DNA of 63,900 nucleotides, counting the filler, from Vicugna vicugna (Eukaryota): assembly GCA_013265495.1 (NCBI GenBank). It is 81 parts of 79 records of this genome, joined end to end, with 100 filler letters (N's around TTAATTAATTAA, not from the genome) between each part and the next. Parts side by side here need not be neighbours in the genome. Positions count along the whole stretch, not along the records: positions 12,115 to 13,042 come from PNXW01002636.1; positions 13,143 to 13,532 come from PNXW01002637.1; positions 13,633 to 14,077 come from MU057989.1; positions 14,178 to 15,015 come from PNXW01002671.1; positions 15,116 to 15,521 come from PNXW01002681.1; positions 15,622 to 16,106 come from MU057994.1; positions 16,207 to 16,998 come from MU057995.1; positions 17,099 to 17,979 come from MU057998.1; 73 more parts are not named here. One strand, written 5' to 3'. Each line of letters opens with the position of its first letter. Position 1 is the first letter of the stretch. Positions 12,115 to 23,737 of this stretch are shown here, one piece after another. The position numbers and the translations under genes are program-made. The notes under the pieces were generated by a model that saw only the letters and a program-made list of their open reading frames with translations, was not told the DNA's origin and did not search any database.

Positions 12115-13042
12115 TGTTTCCTAGTGCCGGTTGGAAGTTCCTGCGGTTTGCACTTTAAAGCCGAGTTGAAGTTTGTTTCTCCTCTTATATATGTAATGAC
12201 TGGAGTTTGCAACTGAATAGAAACTTTGTGTTCCCTTCAAGTTAGGTGAAGGACGGCTTTCACACACACTTATCTCTCAGAACTGAGCATGTGGAGAGAC
12301 GTTCGTTCATCAGTTCGTTCATCAAGCACAAAGGGAAAGGGTTGCAGGAGAAACACTTACTCTGGTTACTCAGTTTGTTTCCTAGTGCCAGTTTGAACTT
12401 CCTGTGGTTTGCACTGTAAAACCGAGTTGGAGCTTGTTCCTCCCCTTATATATGTATGGAATGGTGTTTGCAAGTGGCAAGAAACTTTGTGTTCCCTTCA
12501 AGCTAGGTGAAGAACGGCTTTCACACACACTTATCTCTCCGAACTGAGCATGTGGAGAGACGTTCGTTCATCCAGTACAAAGGGAACGGGTTGCAGGAGA
12601 AACACATGCTCTGGTTTCTCAACCTGTTTCCTAGTACCGGTTTGAAGTTCCTTCGGTTTGCACTGTAACACCGGGTTGCAGCTTGTACCTCCCCATATAT
12701 ATGTATGGTGTGGAGTTTGCAACTGAAAAGAAACTTTGTGTTCCCTTCAAGGTAGGTGAAGGACGGCTTTCACACACAATTATCTCTCAGAACTGAGCAT
12801 GTGGAGAGACGTTCGTTTATCCAGCACAAGCGGAGCTGGTTGCAGGAGAAACCCTTACTCTGGTTTCTCAGTCTGTTTCCAAGTGCCGGTTTGGAGTTCC
12901 TGCAGTTTGCACTGTAAAACCGTGTTAGAGCTTGTGCCTCCCCATATATATGTATGGTGTGGAGTTTGCAACTGTAAAGAAACTTTGTGTTCCATTTAAG
13001 CTAGTTGAAGGATGGCTTTCACACACACTTATCTCTCAGAAC
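12115..13042 (-). repeat. Satellite C (249-bp monomer)
   Basis: GAAACTTTGTG at 12220, 12481, 12730 and 12979 (spacings 261 including a 12-bp duplication, 249, 249). Confidence 0.95.
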
Positions 13043-13142
13043 NNNNNNNNNNNNNNNNNNNNNNNNNNNNNNNNNNNNNNNNNNNNTTAATTAATTAANN
13101 NNNNNNNNNNNNNNNNNNNNNNNNNNNNNNNNNNNNNNNNNN

Positions 13143-13532
13143 TAGGGGTGATTGCAGGATATCCCAGGGAACGAGGCCGTCTCCCCATGGTCAGGGAAGG
13201 TTTTTCCCTGACTTCCCCGAAGAGGGAACACCTGTGAATGAAGAGAGCTTCGTGGAGTTGTCTCTCGAGTTCCCACCCTCACTGACAATTGTTCCGGAAA
13301 CCTGAGCGTGGGGATAGTTCCACCAACGGACGGCAGCGCGTGGGTTCTAACGGAATGCCTAAGCTCGTCTCCCCTGAGGGTTTTCCTAATATCTCTGTGC
13401 CAGGGAATGCTAGGGGTGATTGCAGGATATCCCTGTGACCGAGCTGCCTCCCCAAGGTCAGGGAAGGTATTTCCCGGACTTCCCCGAACTGGAAACACCT
13501 GTGACTGAAGAGAGCTGCGTGGAGTTGTCTCT
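13143..13532 (-). repeat. Satellite A
   Basis: Same monomer as other A scaffolds. Confidence 0.95.
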
Positions 13533-14177
13533 NNNNNNNNNNNNNNNNNNNNNNNNNNNNNNNNNNNNNNNNNNNNTTAATTAATTAANNNNNNNNNNNN
13601 NNNNNNNNNNNNNNNNNNNNNNNNNNNNNNNNTGAACACCTTTAATCCATTTTTCAATTCGTTTATTGTATTTTACAGCTCCAGAGTTTTTCCTCTTATT
13701 GTTTGCATCTCTTTATGATATTCTCATTTTGTTCATAAATCATTTCCTAATTTTGCTTATTTGTCTGTCTACATTTTCCTTTTGGTTTTTGAGTAAACTT
13801 AAGGCGGTGTTTTGAAGTCTTTGTGTAGTTGGTTAGAAGTCTGAATTGCTCTAGGGTTAGTTTCTGGATGTTTATTTTGTTCCTTTGAATGGGCTGTTTC
13901 CCTGTTTCTTTATGTACCTGTGATTTTTACTGAGATTTGGGAATTTGAAAAAGCAGCCATTTTTCTCCAGTTTTTATGGAGTAGCTCTGTATAGAGGAAG
14001 ATCTTCACTTATCAGCTTAGTTTAAAGGCTCCATGTCCTTTCATATCTTTTCCAGGAAGGATGCATCTTGTCTGGCCNNNNNNNNNNNNNNNNNNNNNNN
14101 NNNNNNNNNNNNNNNNNNNNNTTAATTAATTAANNNNNNNNNNNNNNNNNNNNNNNNNNNNNNNNNNNNNNNNNNNN

Positions 14178-15015
14178 TTTCCTGAGTGTGGGGAGGCTCC
14201 TCCAACTAACACAAGCACCAGGGATCTAATAGTATTCATTAGCTTTTCTTCCTTGTATGTACTCCTAGGCCGGGCTTTGAGCTAATGTGGGGGTTGGGCT
14301 CTTAATCCAAGTAATAGCCATTGCCTCTCTATGGGCAGTGAAGCTGTTTAAACTACATCATCAACCTGTGAATAACTGTGCCCACATAAAGATGCATGGA
14401 ATCTGTTTCCCCACTTCCAACACACACACGAAGACATTTTCAGGTATCCTGAGTGTGGGCCGGCACTTTCAAGTGACAGCAGCGCCTGGGTTCTAATATA
14501 ATCCCTTAGCTTGTAATCCCTGAGTGTTTCCCTAGGCCTGGCTCTGAAGGAAAGCTGGGGGTTGGGCTTTGAGGCCAAATAGTAGCGAGTGCCCCCCGAT
14601 GATCTGAGCTAGTATTTAGATGAATTCTCCTTAAAGGGGAACAACTGTGCCCACATCCATCTACGTGGTGTGGGGATACACAAATCCCCACCACAAGTCT
14701 GTTTTCCGGAATACTGAGAGTGGGAAAATTCCTCCTTCTTACAGCAGTGCCATTGTTCTAGTAGAATCCTTAAGCTTCTCTTCCCTGATTGATTACATAA
14801 GCCAGAGTGCAGTTCAAAGTGGGATTTGGGCTCTAAATCCAAGTATTAGTGAGTGCCTATCCATGGGAATTGGAGGTGTTTAACCAACAACCTCCAACAA
14901 CTGAAAACCTGTGACCCCTGAAATATGCGTGAACTCTTTATCTCCACCATACAGCACACACACGAAGACTTGTTCAAGTATCATGATTTTGGAAGGCTCC
15001 TCCAACTGGAAGCAG
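14178..15015 (-). repeat. Satellite B, about 3 diverged 265-269-bp monomers
   Basis: CCTGAGTGTGGG-like anchor at 14181, 14448, 14713 and 14982. Confidence 0.9.
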
Positions 15016-15115
15016 NNNNNNNNNNNNNNNNNNNNNNNNNNNNNNNNNNNNNNNNNNNNTTAATTAATTAANNNNNNNNNNNNNNNNNNNNNNNNNNNNN
15101 NNNNNNNNNNNNNNN

Positions 15116-15335
15116 CTGAATCAAATGACAGCATTCTTAGGATGGTAGTGCTCCCCAGAGTGATCCATATATTCAACGTGGACTCGATCAGAATCCCAGC
15201 GGGTTCCTCTGCAGAAACTGACTATCTGCTGCTACAATTCATATGAGAATTCGAGGATCTCAGTAACCAAACCGTACTTGAAATAGAAGAACAGTTTGAG
15301 AGGACTTGTAATTCTCAATTTCAAACCTTACAACT
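15116..15335 (+). mobile_element. Old L1 ORF2 fragment
   Basis: TGATCCATATATTCAAC...CAGAATCCCAGC...AATTCATATG...ATTTCAAACTTACA. Confidence 0.6.
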
Positions 15336-15621
15336 GTATCTCCAGGTGAGGTTAGAGGCCATTTTTAAGTTATAATTGTGTTTATCCTTATTTTCTAAAT
15401 TCTGTACAACGAATATACCTATTAGAATAAGAAATTTAAAAAGTAAAATATCTTTAAAATATCTTTAAAAACATGTAAACCGATTCATTCATTGGGAAAA
15501 AAATATTTTGACTATAAAGAANNNNNNNNNNNNNNNNNNNNNNNNNNNNNNNNNNNNNNNNNNNNTTAATTAATTAANNNNNNNNNNNNNNNNNNNNNNN
15601 NNNNNNNNNNNNNNNNNNNNN

Positions 15622-16106
15622 CGCGCTGCCGACCGTTGGTGGAACCTCCCCACGTTCAAGATTCCGAAACTATTGTCAGTGCCTGGGGGAGATCGAGAGA
15701 AAACTCCACGCAGCTCTCTTCAGTCACAGGTGTTCCCTGTTCGGGGAAGTCCGAGAAATAACTTCCCTGAACTTGGGGAGGCAGCCTGTGTCACTGGGAT
15801 ATCCTGCAAACACCCCTAGCATTNNNNNNNNNNNNNNNNNNNNNNNNNNNNNNNNNNNNNNNNNNNNNNNNNNNNNGCTGCCGACCGTTGGTGGAACCTC
15901 CCCACGCTCAGGATTCCGGAACCATTGTCAGTGCGTGGGGGAGCTCGAGAGACAACTCCACGCAGCTCTCTTCAGTCACAGGTGTTCCCTGATCGGGGAA
16001 GTCCGAGAAATACCTTGCCTGACTGGGGAGGAAGCCTCGGTCACTGGGATATCCTGCAAATGCCCCTAGCTTTCCCTGGCACAGAGAAATTAGGAAAACC
16101 CTCAGG
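15622..16106 (+). repeat. Satellite A
   Basis: Same monomer. Confidence 0.95.
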
Positions 16107-16206
16107 NNNNNNNNNNNNNNNNNNNNNNNNNNNNNNNNNNNNNNNNNNNNTTAATTAATTAANNNNNNNNNNNNNNNNNNNNNNNNNNNNNNNNNNNNNN
16201 NNNNNN

Positions 16207-16998
16207 TCGGCAGCGCATTGGTTCTAAAGGAAAGCCTAAGCTCGTCTCCCCAGAGGATTTTCCTATTTTGTCTGTGCCAGGGAATGCTAGGGGTGTTGGC
16301 AGGATATCCCAGTGACAGAGGCTGCCTCCCCAAGGTCAGGGAAGGTATTTCTCGGACTTCCCCGAACAGGGAACACCTGTGACTGAAGAGAGCTGCGTGG
16401 AGTTGTCTATCGNNNNNNNNNNNNNNNNNNNNNNNNNNNNNNNNNNNNNNNNNNNNNNNNNNNNNNNNNNNNNNNNNNNNNNNNNNNNNNNNNNNNNNNN
16501 NNNNNNNNNNNNNNNNNNNNNNNNNNNNNNNNNNNNNNNNNNNNNNNNNNNNNNNNNNNNNNNNNNNNNNNNNNNNNNNNNNNNNNNNNNNNNNNNNNNN
16601 NNNNNNNNNNNNNNNNNNNNNNNNNNNNNNNNNNNNNNNNNNNNNNNNNNNNNNNNNNNNNNNNNNNNNNNNNNNNNNNNNNNNNNNNNNNNNNNNNNNN
16701 NNNNNNNNNNNNNNNNNNNNNNNNNNNCCTGAGCGTGGGGAGGTTCCACCAACGGTCGGCAGCGCGTGGGTTCTAACGGAAAGCCTAAGCTCGTCCCCCT
16801 GAGGTTTTTCCTAATTTCTCTGTGCCTAGGAATGCTAGGGGGATTTGGAGGATATCCCAATGACAGAGGCTGCCTCCCTAAGGTCAGGGAAGGTATTTCT
16901 CGGACTTCCCCGAACAGGGAACTCCTGAGACTGAAGAGAGATGCGTGAAGTTTTCTCTTGAGCTACCCCACGCACTGACAATGGTTCCGGAATCCTGA
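16207..16998 (-). repeat. Satellite A
   Basis: Same monomer. Confidence 0.95.
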
Positions 16999-17098
16999 NN
17001 NNNNNNNNNNNNNNNNNNNNNNNNNNNNNNNNNNNNNNNNNNTTAATTAATTAANNNNNNNNNNNNNNNNNNNNNNNNNNNNNNNNNNNNNNNNNNNN

Positions 17099-17327
17099 GG
17101 TAGAGGGTGGGAAGGGATAGACTGGGATTTCAAAATTGTAGAATAGATAAACAAGATTACACTGTATAGCACAGGGAAATATACACAAAATGTTATGATA
17201 AATCACAGAGAAAAAAGTGACAATGAGTGTGCATATGTCCATGAATGTCTGAAAAATTGTGCTGAACACTGGAATTTGACACAACACTGTAAAATGATTA
17301 TGAATCAATAAAAAATGTAAAAAAAAA
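17099..17327 (+). mobile_element. L1 3' UTR end with AATAAA and A-tail
   Basis: GGGATAGACTGGGATTTCAAAATTGTAGAATAGATAAACAAGATTACACTGTATAGCACAGGG...AATCAATAAAAAA. Confidence 0.85.
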
Positions 17328-17721
17328 TCTGCACTTCTATTTAACGATTTTTTTAAATGCAGATTCTTTCAACTAGAAAGCAGTTTGTTAAAATTATTTG
17401 TTTCTCCTTAATTTTGTCTCTTTCTAGACATTTGTCTATTTCTTCAAAGTTGACAAGATTTTTCGAATGTAAGTGTTGACAAAATGATCCCTTTTTTGTA
17501 TATCTGAGCTAACAATTGTTATTTCTCTTCTTTTATATCTTACTTAATTTCTTTGGGGCATCTCTCTATTATTCATGATGCACCTACCTAGAGGTTTTTT
17601 AATTTCGCTTATCTTAAAAAAAAAACAAAAATAATCTTCGGTTTTACTGCACTTTTTTCATAGTTTTCTTTTTCTCTCTAATGTATATTTACACCTGTAA
17701 TATTTAGGATCATGTTTTTAA

Positions 17722-17979
17722 ATTTTTTTAAATTTTCTTTATTGATTTACTGTCATTTTACAAAACTGTCTCCAATCACAGTGTAGAGCACAGTTTTGAA
17801 GTTACAATGAACAAATATACATTTTTTGTCCCATTTTTTCCACTGTGGGTTTCCGTAAGAACTTTTATATATTTCCCTTTGCTATAAAGTACATTCCTAT
17901 TTATCTATTCTACAATTTAGACCTCCCAGTCTATCCTTCCCACACCCCGCCCCCTTGGCTAACAAAAGCTAGTATTCTA
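17722..17979 (-). mobile_element. L1 3' UTR end (antisense)
   Basis: Reverse-complement homologue of 17099-17327. Confidence 0.8.
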
Positions 17980-18079
17980 NNNNNNNNNNNNNNNNNNNNN
18001 NNNNNNNNNNNNNNNNNNNNNNNTTAATTAATTAANNNNNNNNNNNNNNNNNNNNNNNNNNNNNNNNNNNNNNNNNNNN

Positions 18080-18816
18080 CCCCATGATATAGTGCCCCTG
18101 GGGGCTTGACTCAAGTGTAAGACGGTCCACTTAAGCTGTGTCTTTAATGGCAATGGCGACTTTAACAGTTCCGTTCACTATCTGACTTATACTATTTTCC
18201 TATACTGTCTTGAAAACCTGAGGCCCAATACATTTTCAAGTTCAGTCAATGATTCCCCTCACTTACCACACTCCCTTCACCCCAGAGAAGACATAAACCC
18301 AGCAATTGCTGAATCTAGTGGAAGGCCATCGTTTCTTTGTGGGAGCTAAGTATTCAATTCCTATCTATTTCAGTCGAGACTATTTGACCTCTAAGGAGTT
18401 CACTGTTGTTCACAGAGTGTGAATCTGGAGGAACTCTGATTCTAGGAGGGGCTTGCTCTTCTCGTACTGGCTTCATTGCAGCTCAGGTACTGATCCTTCC
18501 AAATGGATGCCTGAGTGGAGGGGAGGGAAGAGCATGTGCTTGCTAGCTAGGCCCCAACCTGGGAAAAGGCTTACCTGGGCTTGGTGCATTTTGGTCCGAA
18601 TGGCTTTGAAATGCCCCATGGTACGCGTGGATTCTCACGACCTCTTCCAAGAACATGAGCGTTTTGATCATCTCTGCCATCTCTTCTGTTTTAGATGTCA
18701 GGGATCTTGGACCCGTTCTTGGAGCAGAGAATCGAGGAACTTCCTCAAGTCCACGTTGGCACTCCGTATGTTTCTGCCAGGATCAGCGAGGTACAATATG
18801 TCTCATGAATGTCTTT
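18080..18816. repeat. Multicopy unit G (unidentified, gene-like)
   Basis: Highly similar to 26494-26665 and 57658-58141. Confidence 0.85.
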
Positions 18817-18916
18817 NNNNNNNNNNNNNNNNNNNNNNNNNNNNNNNNNNNNNNNNNNNNTTAATTAATTAANNNNNNNNNNNNNNNNNNNNNNNNNNNN
18901 NNNNNNNNNNNNNNNN

Positions 18917-19445
18917 ATTCCCTGGCACAGAGATATTAGGAAAACCCTCAGGGGAGACAAAATTAAGCATTCCGTTTGAACCCACGCGGTACCGACCGTT
19001 GGTGGAACCTCCCCACGCTCAGGATTCCGGAACCATTGTCAGTGCGTGGGGGAGCTCGAGAGACAACTCCACGCAGCTCTCTTCAGTCACAGGTGTTCCC
19101 TGTTCGGGGAAGTCCGAGAAATAACTTCCCTGACCTTGTGGAGGCATGCTCTCTCTCTGGGATATCCTGCAAAACCCCTAGCATTCCGTGGCAAAGAGAC
19201 ATTTGGAAAATCTGCAGGGGAGTCGAGCTTAGGCATTTCGTTAAACCCCACGCGCTGCCGACCGTTGTTGGAACCTCACCACTCTCAGAATTCTGGAGCC
19301 ATTGTCAGTGCGTGGGGGAGCTCGAGAGAAAACTCCACGCAGCTCTCTTCAGTCACAGGTGTTCCCTGTTAGGGGAAGTTCGTGAAATAAATTCCCTGAA
19401 CTTGGGGAGGCAGCCTATGACATTGGGATATCCTGCAATCACCCC
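18917..19445 (+). repeat. Satellite A
   Basis: Same monomer. Confidence 0.95.
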
Positions 19446-19545
19446 NNNNNNNNNNNNNNNNNNNNNNNNNNNNNNNNNNNNNNNNNNNNTTAATTAATTA
19501 ANNNNNNNNNNNNNNNNNNNNNNNNNNNNNNNNNNNNNNNNNNNN

Positions 19546-19990
19546 ACCAGTTTCAGAATCACACATTAATCCCAAAAAAACCCTCTTGGAACGAATACTA
19601 CCCTAGTGATATTTAATTTGAATAGATTCCATCTACATGATATTCCGTGTTCATACATGCTACATGTGTGACGGATTAGACAAACATGCATTCCTGAGTT
19701 GAGAGCATGTGGATGACTGATCTTTCATTCTCTATAAAAGGATTATTTTCATCTAGACAAGTGTACTCATTTTCACAATATTTCCCTAAAACCAGTTTCG
19801 AATTCGTGCATTTTTCACAGAAAAATACTTCTGGAGNNNNNNNNNNNNNNNNNNNNNNNNNNNNNNNNNNNNNNNNNNNTTACATGAATCCACATGGCAT
19901 TCCGGATCCGTACATGCTACATGCAGACGGATTCGGCAATTATGTGTTTCTGTCTTGTGAGCATGTGGATTACTGACCTTTCATCATCCG
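19546..19990 (-). repeat. Satellite D
   Basis: D motifs on the reverse strand. Confidence 0.9.
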
Positions 19991-20090
19991 NNNNNNNNNN
20001 NNNNNNNNNNNNNNNNNNNNNNNNNNNNNNNNNNTTAATTAATTAANNNNNNNNNNNNNNNNNNNNNNNNNNNNNNNNNNNNNNNNNNNN

Positions 20091-21306
20091 CGTTGGTGGA
20101 ACCTCCCCACCCTCAGGATTCCGGAAACATTTTCACTGCGTGCGGGAGCTCGAGAGACAACTCCACGCATCTCTCTTCAGTGAGAGGTGTTCCCTGTTCA
20201 CGAAAGTCCGAGAAATAACTTCCCTGAATTTGGGGAAGCAGCCTCTGACAATGGAATATCCTGCAATCACCCCTAGCATTCCCTGGCACAGAGACATTAG
20301 GAAAATACTCAGGGGAGACGAGCTTAGGCATTCCATTAGAACCCACGCGNNNNNNNNNNNNNNNNNNNNNNNNNNNNNNNNNNNNNNNNNNNNNNNNNNN
20401 NNNNNNNNNNNNNNNNNNNNNNNNNNNNNNNNNNNNNNNNNNNNNNNNNNNNNNNNNNNNNNNNNNNNNNNNNNNNNNNNNNNNNNNNNNNNNNNNNNNN
20501 NNNNNNNNNNNNNNNNNNNNNNNNNNNNNNNNNNNNNNNNNNNNNNNNNNNNNNNNNNNNNNNNNNNNNNNNNNNNNNNNNNNNNNNNNNNNNNNNNNNN
20601 NNNNNNNNNNNNNNNNNNNNNNNNNNNNNNNNNNNNNNNNNNNNNNNNNNNNNNNNNNNNNNNNNNNNNNNNNNNNNNNNNNNNNNNNNNNNNNNNNNNN
20701 NNNNNNNNNNNNNNNNNNNNNNNNNNNNNNNNNNNNNNNNNNNNNNNNNNNNNCCTGCCCTTGGGGAGGCAGCATCTGACACTGGGATATCCTGCAATCA
20801 CCCCTAGCATTCCCTGGCAGAGAGACATTAGGAAAACTCTCAGGGGAGACGAGCTTACGCATTCCATTACAACCCACGCGCTGCCGACAGTTGGTGGAAC
20901 CTCACCACCCTCAGTATTCCGGAACAATTTTCATTGCGTGGGGGAGCTCGAGAGAAAACTCCATGAAGCTCTCCTCAGTCACAGGTGTTCCCTGTTCTGG
21001 GAAGTACGAGAAATATCTTCCCTGACCTTGGGGAGGCAGCTTCTGACCCTGGGATATCCTGCAATCACCCCTAGCATTCCCTGGCAGAGAGACATTAGGA
21101 AAACTCTCAGGGGAGACGAGCTTACGCATTCCATTACAACCCACGCGCTGCCGACAGTTGGTGGAACCTCCCCACGCTCAGGATTCCGGAACCATTGTCA
21201 GTGCGTGGGGGAGCTCGAGAGAAAACTCCATGAAGCTCTCCTCAGTCACAGGTGTTCCCTGTTCTGGGAAGTACGAGAAATATCTTCCCTGACCTTGGGG
21301 AGGCAG
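20091..21306 (+). repeat. Satellite A, period exactly 267 bp
   Basis: TTGGGGAGGCAG at 20761, 21028 and 21295. Confidence 0.97.
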
Positions 21307-21406
21307 NNNNNNNNNNNNNNNNNNNNNNNNNNNNNNNNNNNNNNNNNNNNTTAATTAATTAANNNNNNNNNNNNNNNNNNNNNNNNNNNNNNNNNNNNNN
21401 NNNNNN

Positions 21407-21880
21407 GGGAATGCTAGGGGTGATTGCAGGATATCCCAGTGTATGAGGCTGTCTCCCCAAGGACAGGGAAGGTATTTCTTGGACTTCCCCGTACAGGGAA
21501 CACCTGTGACTGAAGAGAGCTGCGTGGAGTTGTCTCTCGAGCTCCCCCACGCACTGACAATGGTTCCGGAATCCTGAGCGTGGGGAGGTTCCACCAACGG
21601 TCGGCAGCGCGTGNNNNNNNNNNNNNNNNNNNNNNNNNNNNNNNNNNNNNNNNNNNNNNNNNNNNNNNNNNNNNNNNNNNNNNNNNNNNNNNNNNNNNNN
21701 NNNNNNNNNNNNNNNNNNNNNNNNNNNNNNNNNNNNNNNNNNNNNNNNNNNNNNNNNNNNNNNNNNNNNNNNNNNNNNNNNNNNNNNNNNNNNNNNNNNN
21801 NNNNNNNNNNNNNNNNNNNNNNNTTTTCCGGAATTCTGTGCGTGGGGAGGTTCCACCAACTGTCGGCAGCGCTTGGGTTC
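21407..21880 (-). repeat. Satellite A
   Basis: Same monomer. Confidence 0.95.
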
Positions 21881-21980
21881 NNNNNNNNNNNNNNNNNNNN
21901 NNNNNNNNNNNNNNNNNNNNNNNNTTAATTAATTAANNNNNNNNNNNNNNNNNNNNNNNNNNNNNNNNNNNNNNNNNNNN

Positions 21981-22502
21981 GGTTGTTCTGTCCTGTACAC
22001 CCACAGCCCCGGCGCCCAGCCCCTTGCAGTCCCCCGGAGCTGCCTCTGTGCAGCCGCCCCCGTCCTCCGCCCGGCTTGTGCAGCCTGGCCCTGCCCGCCG
22101 CTGCCGGCCCGCGTCTCAGGCTGGGTGTCGGGGGGATGCTCTGTGCCCGTTTAACTTAGTTCTGTCAGACAAGGGCTGCTCTGTACAGATCCGAGCTTTG
22201 GAGGCTCCCCCTCCGTCCCGCTGGCCTCTCAATTGGAGAGGGGAGACCCAGCGAGCAAGCGCCAGTCCTCCTTTGCCGCTCCCCACGGGACCAGTCCCGC
22301 GCTGCTTTGCCTTTGTTCTTTCTTTTTTCCTTTTCTCCTACCAGATTTTTGGCATCTTTATCTTTTGAAGAGGGCGATGTTCTGTCGGAGTTCCGCAGGT
22401 GCTCTGGTTGGCTGAGTGGGTCTGTAGATGTGGGTCTTGGTGTATTTGTGGGAGAGGGTGACTTACAAGCGTCCTTCTACTCCGCCATCTTGCCCGGAAG
22501 TC
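21981..22502 (-). mobile_element. L1 5' UTR / internal promoter, CpG-rich
   Basis: Minus strand starts GACTTCCGGGCAAGATGGCGGAGTAGAAGG with a YY1 motif at 22482-22492; homologous heads at 35752 and 48717. Confidence 0.8.
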
Positions 22503-22921
22503 TGATATTTCTCTTTTCTTACGTCCATCTTTTATGGAATAATAATGAAGATGATGATGATAAAAGCGGCAACAACATCCAGTCCTACTACTACTATTAC
22601 TACTACCACCACCACCACTTTATTGATCACATACTATTTCCAAGCTCTGTATGTGTTCATTATTGCATATGATACATACAGTGGTCTTAGGAAACTATTT
22701 TTATCAAAGAGTCAGTTCATTTCTTTTGTACATGGTCACAGATTTAGCAAGCAGTGAAGCCAGTACTGAAGTTTTCTGACCAGAGGTCGTATTTTTTATT
22801 TCTATTTAAAAAAATTTTATTNNNNNNNNNNNNNNNNNNNNNNNNNNNNNNNNNNNNNNNNNNNNTTAATTAATTAANNNNNNNNNNNNNNNNNNNNNNN
22901 NNNNNNNNNNNNNNNNNNNNN

Positions 22922-23210
22922 AACATTTTGTGTATATTTCCCTGTGCCATACAGTGTAATCTTGTTAGCTGAGTAATTTAATGTTGTTAATTATAACCCC
23001 TTTTATTGTATACATTTTTTAACATTTTTATTGATTTGTAATCATTATACAATGTTGTGTCAAATTCCACTGTAGAGCACAATTTTTCAGTTATGCATGA
23101 ACATACATACACTCGTTGTCACATTTTTTCTCTGTGAGCTACCACAAGATCTTATATATATTTCCCTGTGCTATACAGTATGATCTTGTTTATCTATTCT
23201 ACAATTTACA
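22922..23210 (-). mobile_element. L1 3' UTR fragments (antisense)
   Basis: TATTTCCCTGTGCTATACAGT motif occurs twice; reverse complement of the 17099-type tail. Confidence 0.8.
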
Positions 23211-23359
23211 TTTTTAATTTTAAAATAGAAAACAATTGAAAGCAACAATCACACATACTTCCACTGTCCAGAGGAAAACCCTGTGATGTCTTCTGGTCAT
23301 TTTAATATACCTTTAAATACATATAATTATGGTTATGGCAAAACATATAAGGAAAGAAG

Positions 23360-23637
23360 TGATCATCATTAGTCATTGGGGAATGTAAATTAAAATCGCA
23401 ATGAGATATCACTTCTCACCTCCAGCGGAATGGACGTAAATAATGACAGACAATAACAATTGTTGGTGAGAATGTGAAGAAACTTGAACTTTTACAGACT
23501 GCTTCTGGAGGTAGACTCTGGGAAAGCCACACTGGAAAAAAGTTTCAGAGTTTTTGAACAGTTAATATAAATTTACTATACGACGTACCAACTCCACCCC
23601 TAGACTTCAAGAGAAATGAAAACACACAGCTACACAA
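23360..23637 (+). mobile_element. Old L1 ORF2 3' fragment
   Basis: CATCATTAGTCATTGGGGAATGTAAATTAAAATCGCAATGAGATATCACTT. Confidence 0.75.
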
Positions 23638-23737
23638 NNNNNNNNNNNNNNNNNNNNNNNNNNNNNNNNNNNNNNNNNNNNTTAATTAATTAANNNNNNN
23701 NNNNNNNNNNNNNNNNNNNNNNNNNNNNNNNNNNNNN

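Noticed and set aside
20091..20130. Homology between satellite A/B and C/D (TTGGTGGA, CTCAGGA words)
   Set aside because: Only short words are shared and the spacing is not conserved
22538..22618. NNNEDDDDK...YYYYYYYHHHH resembling FLAG/His tags
   Set aside because: A compound triplet low-complexity tract in genomic flank with no vector context
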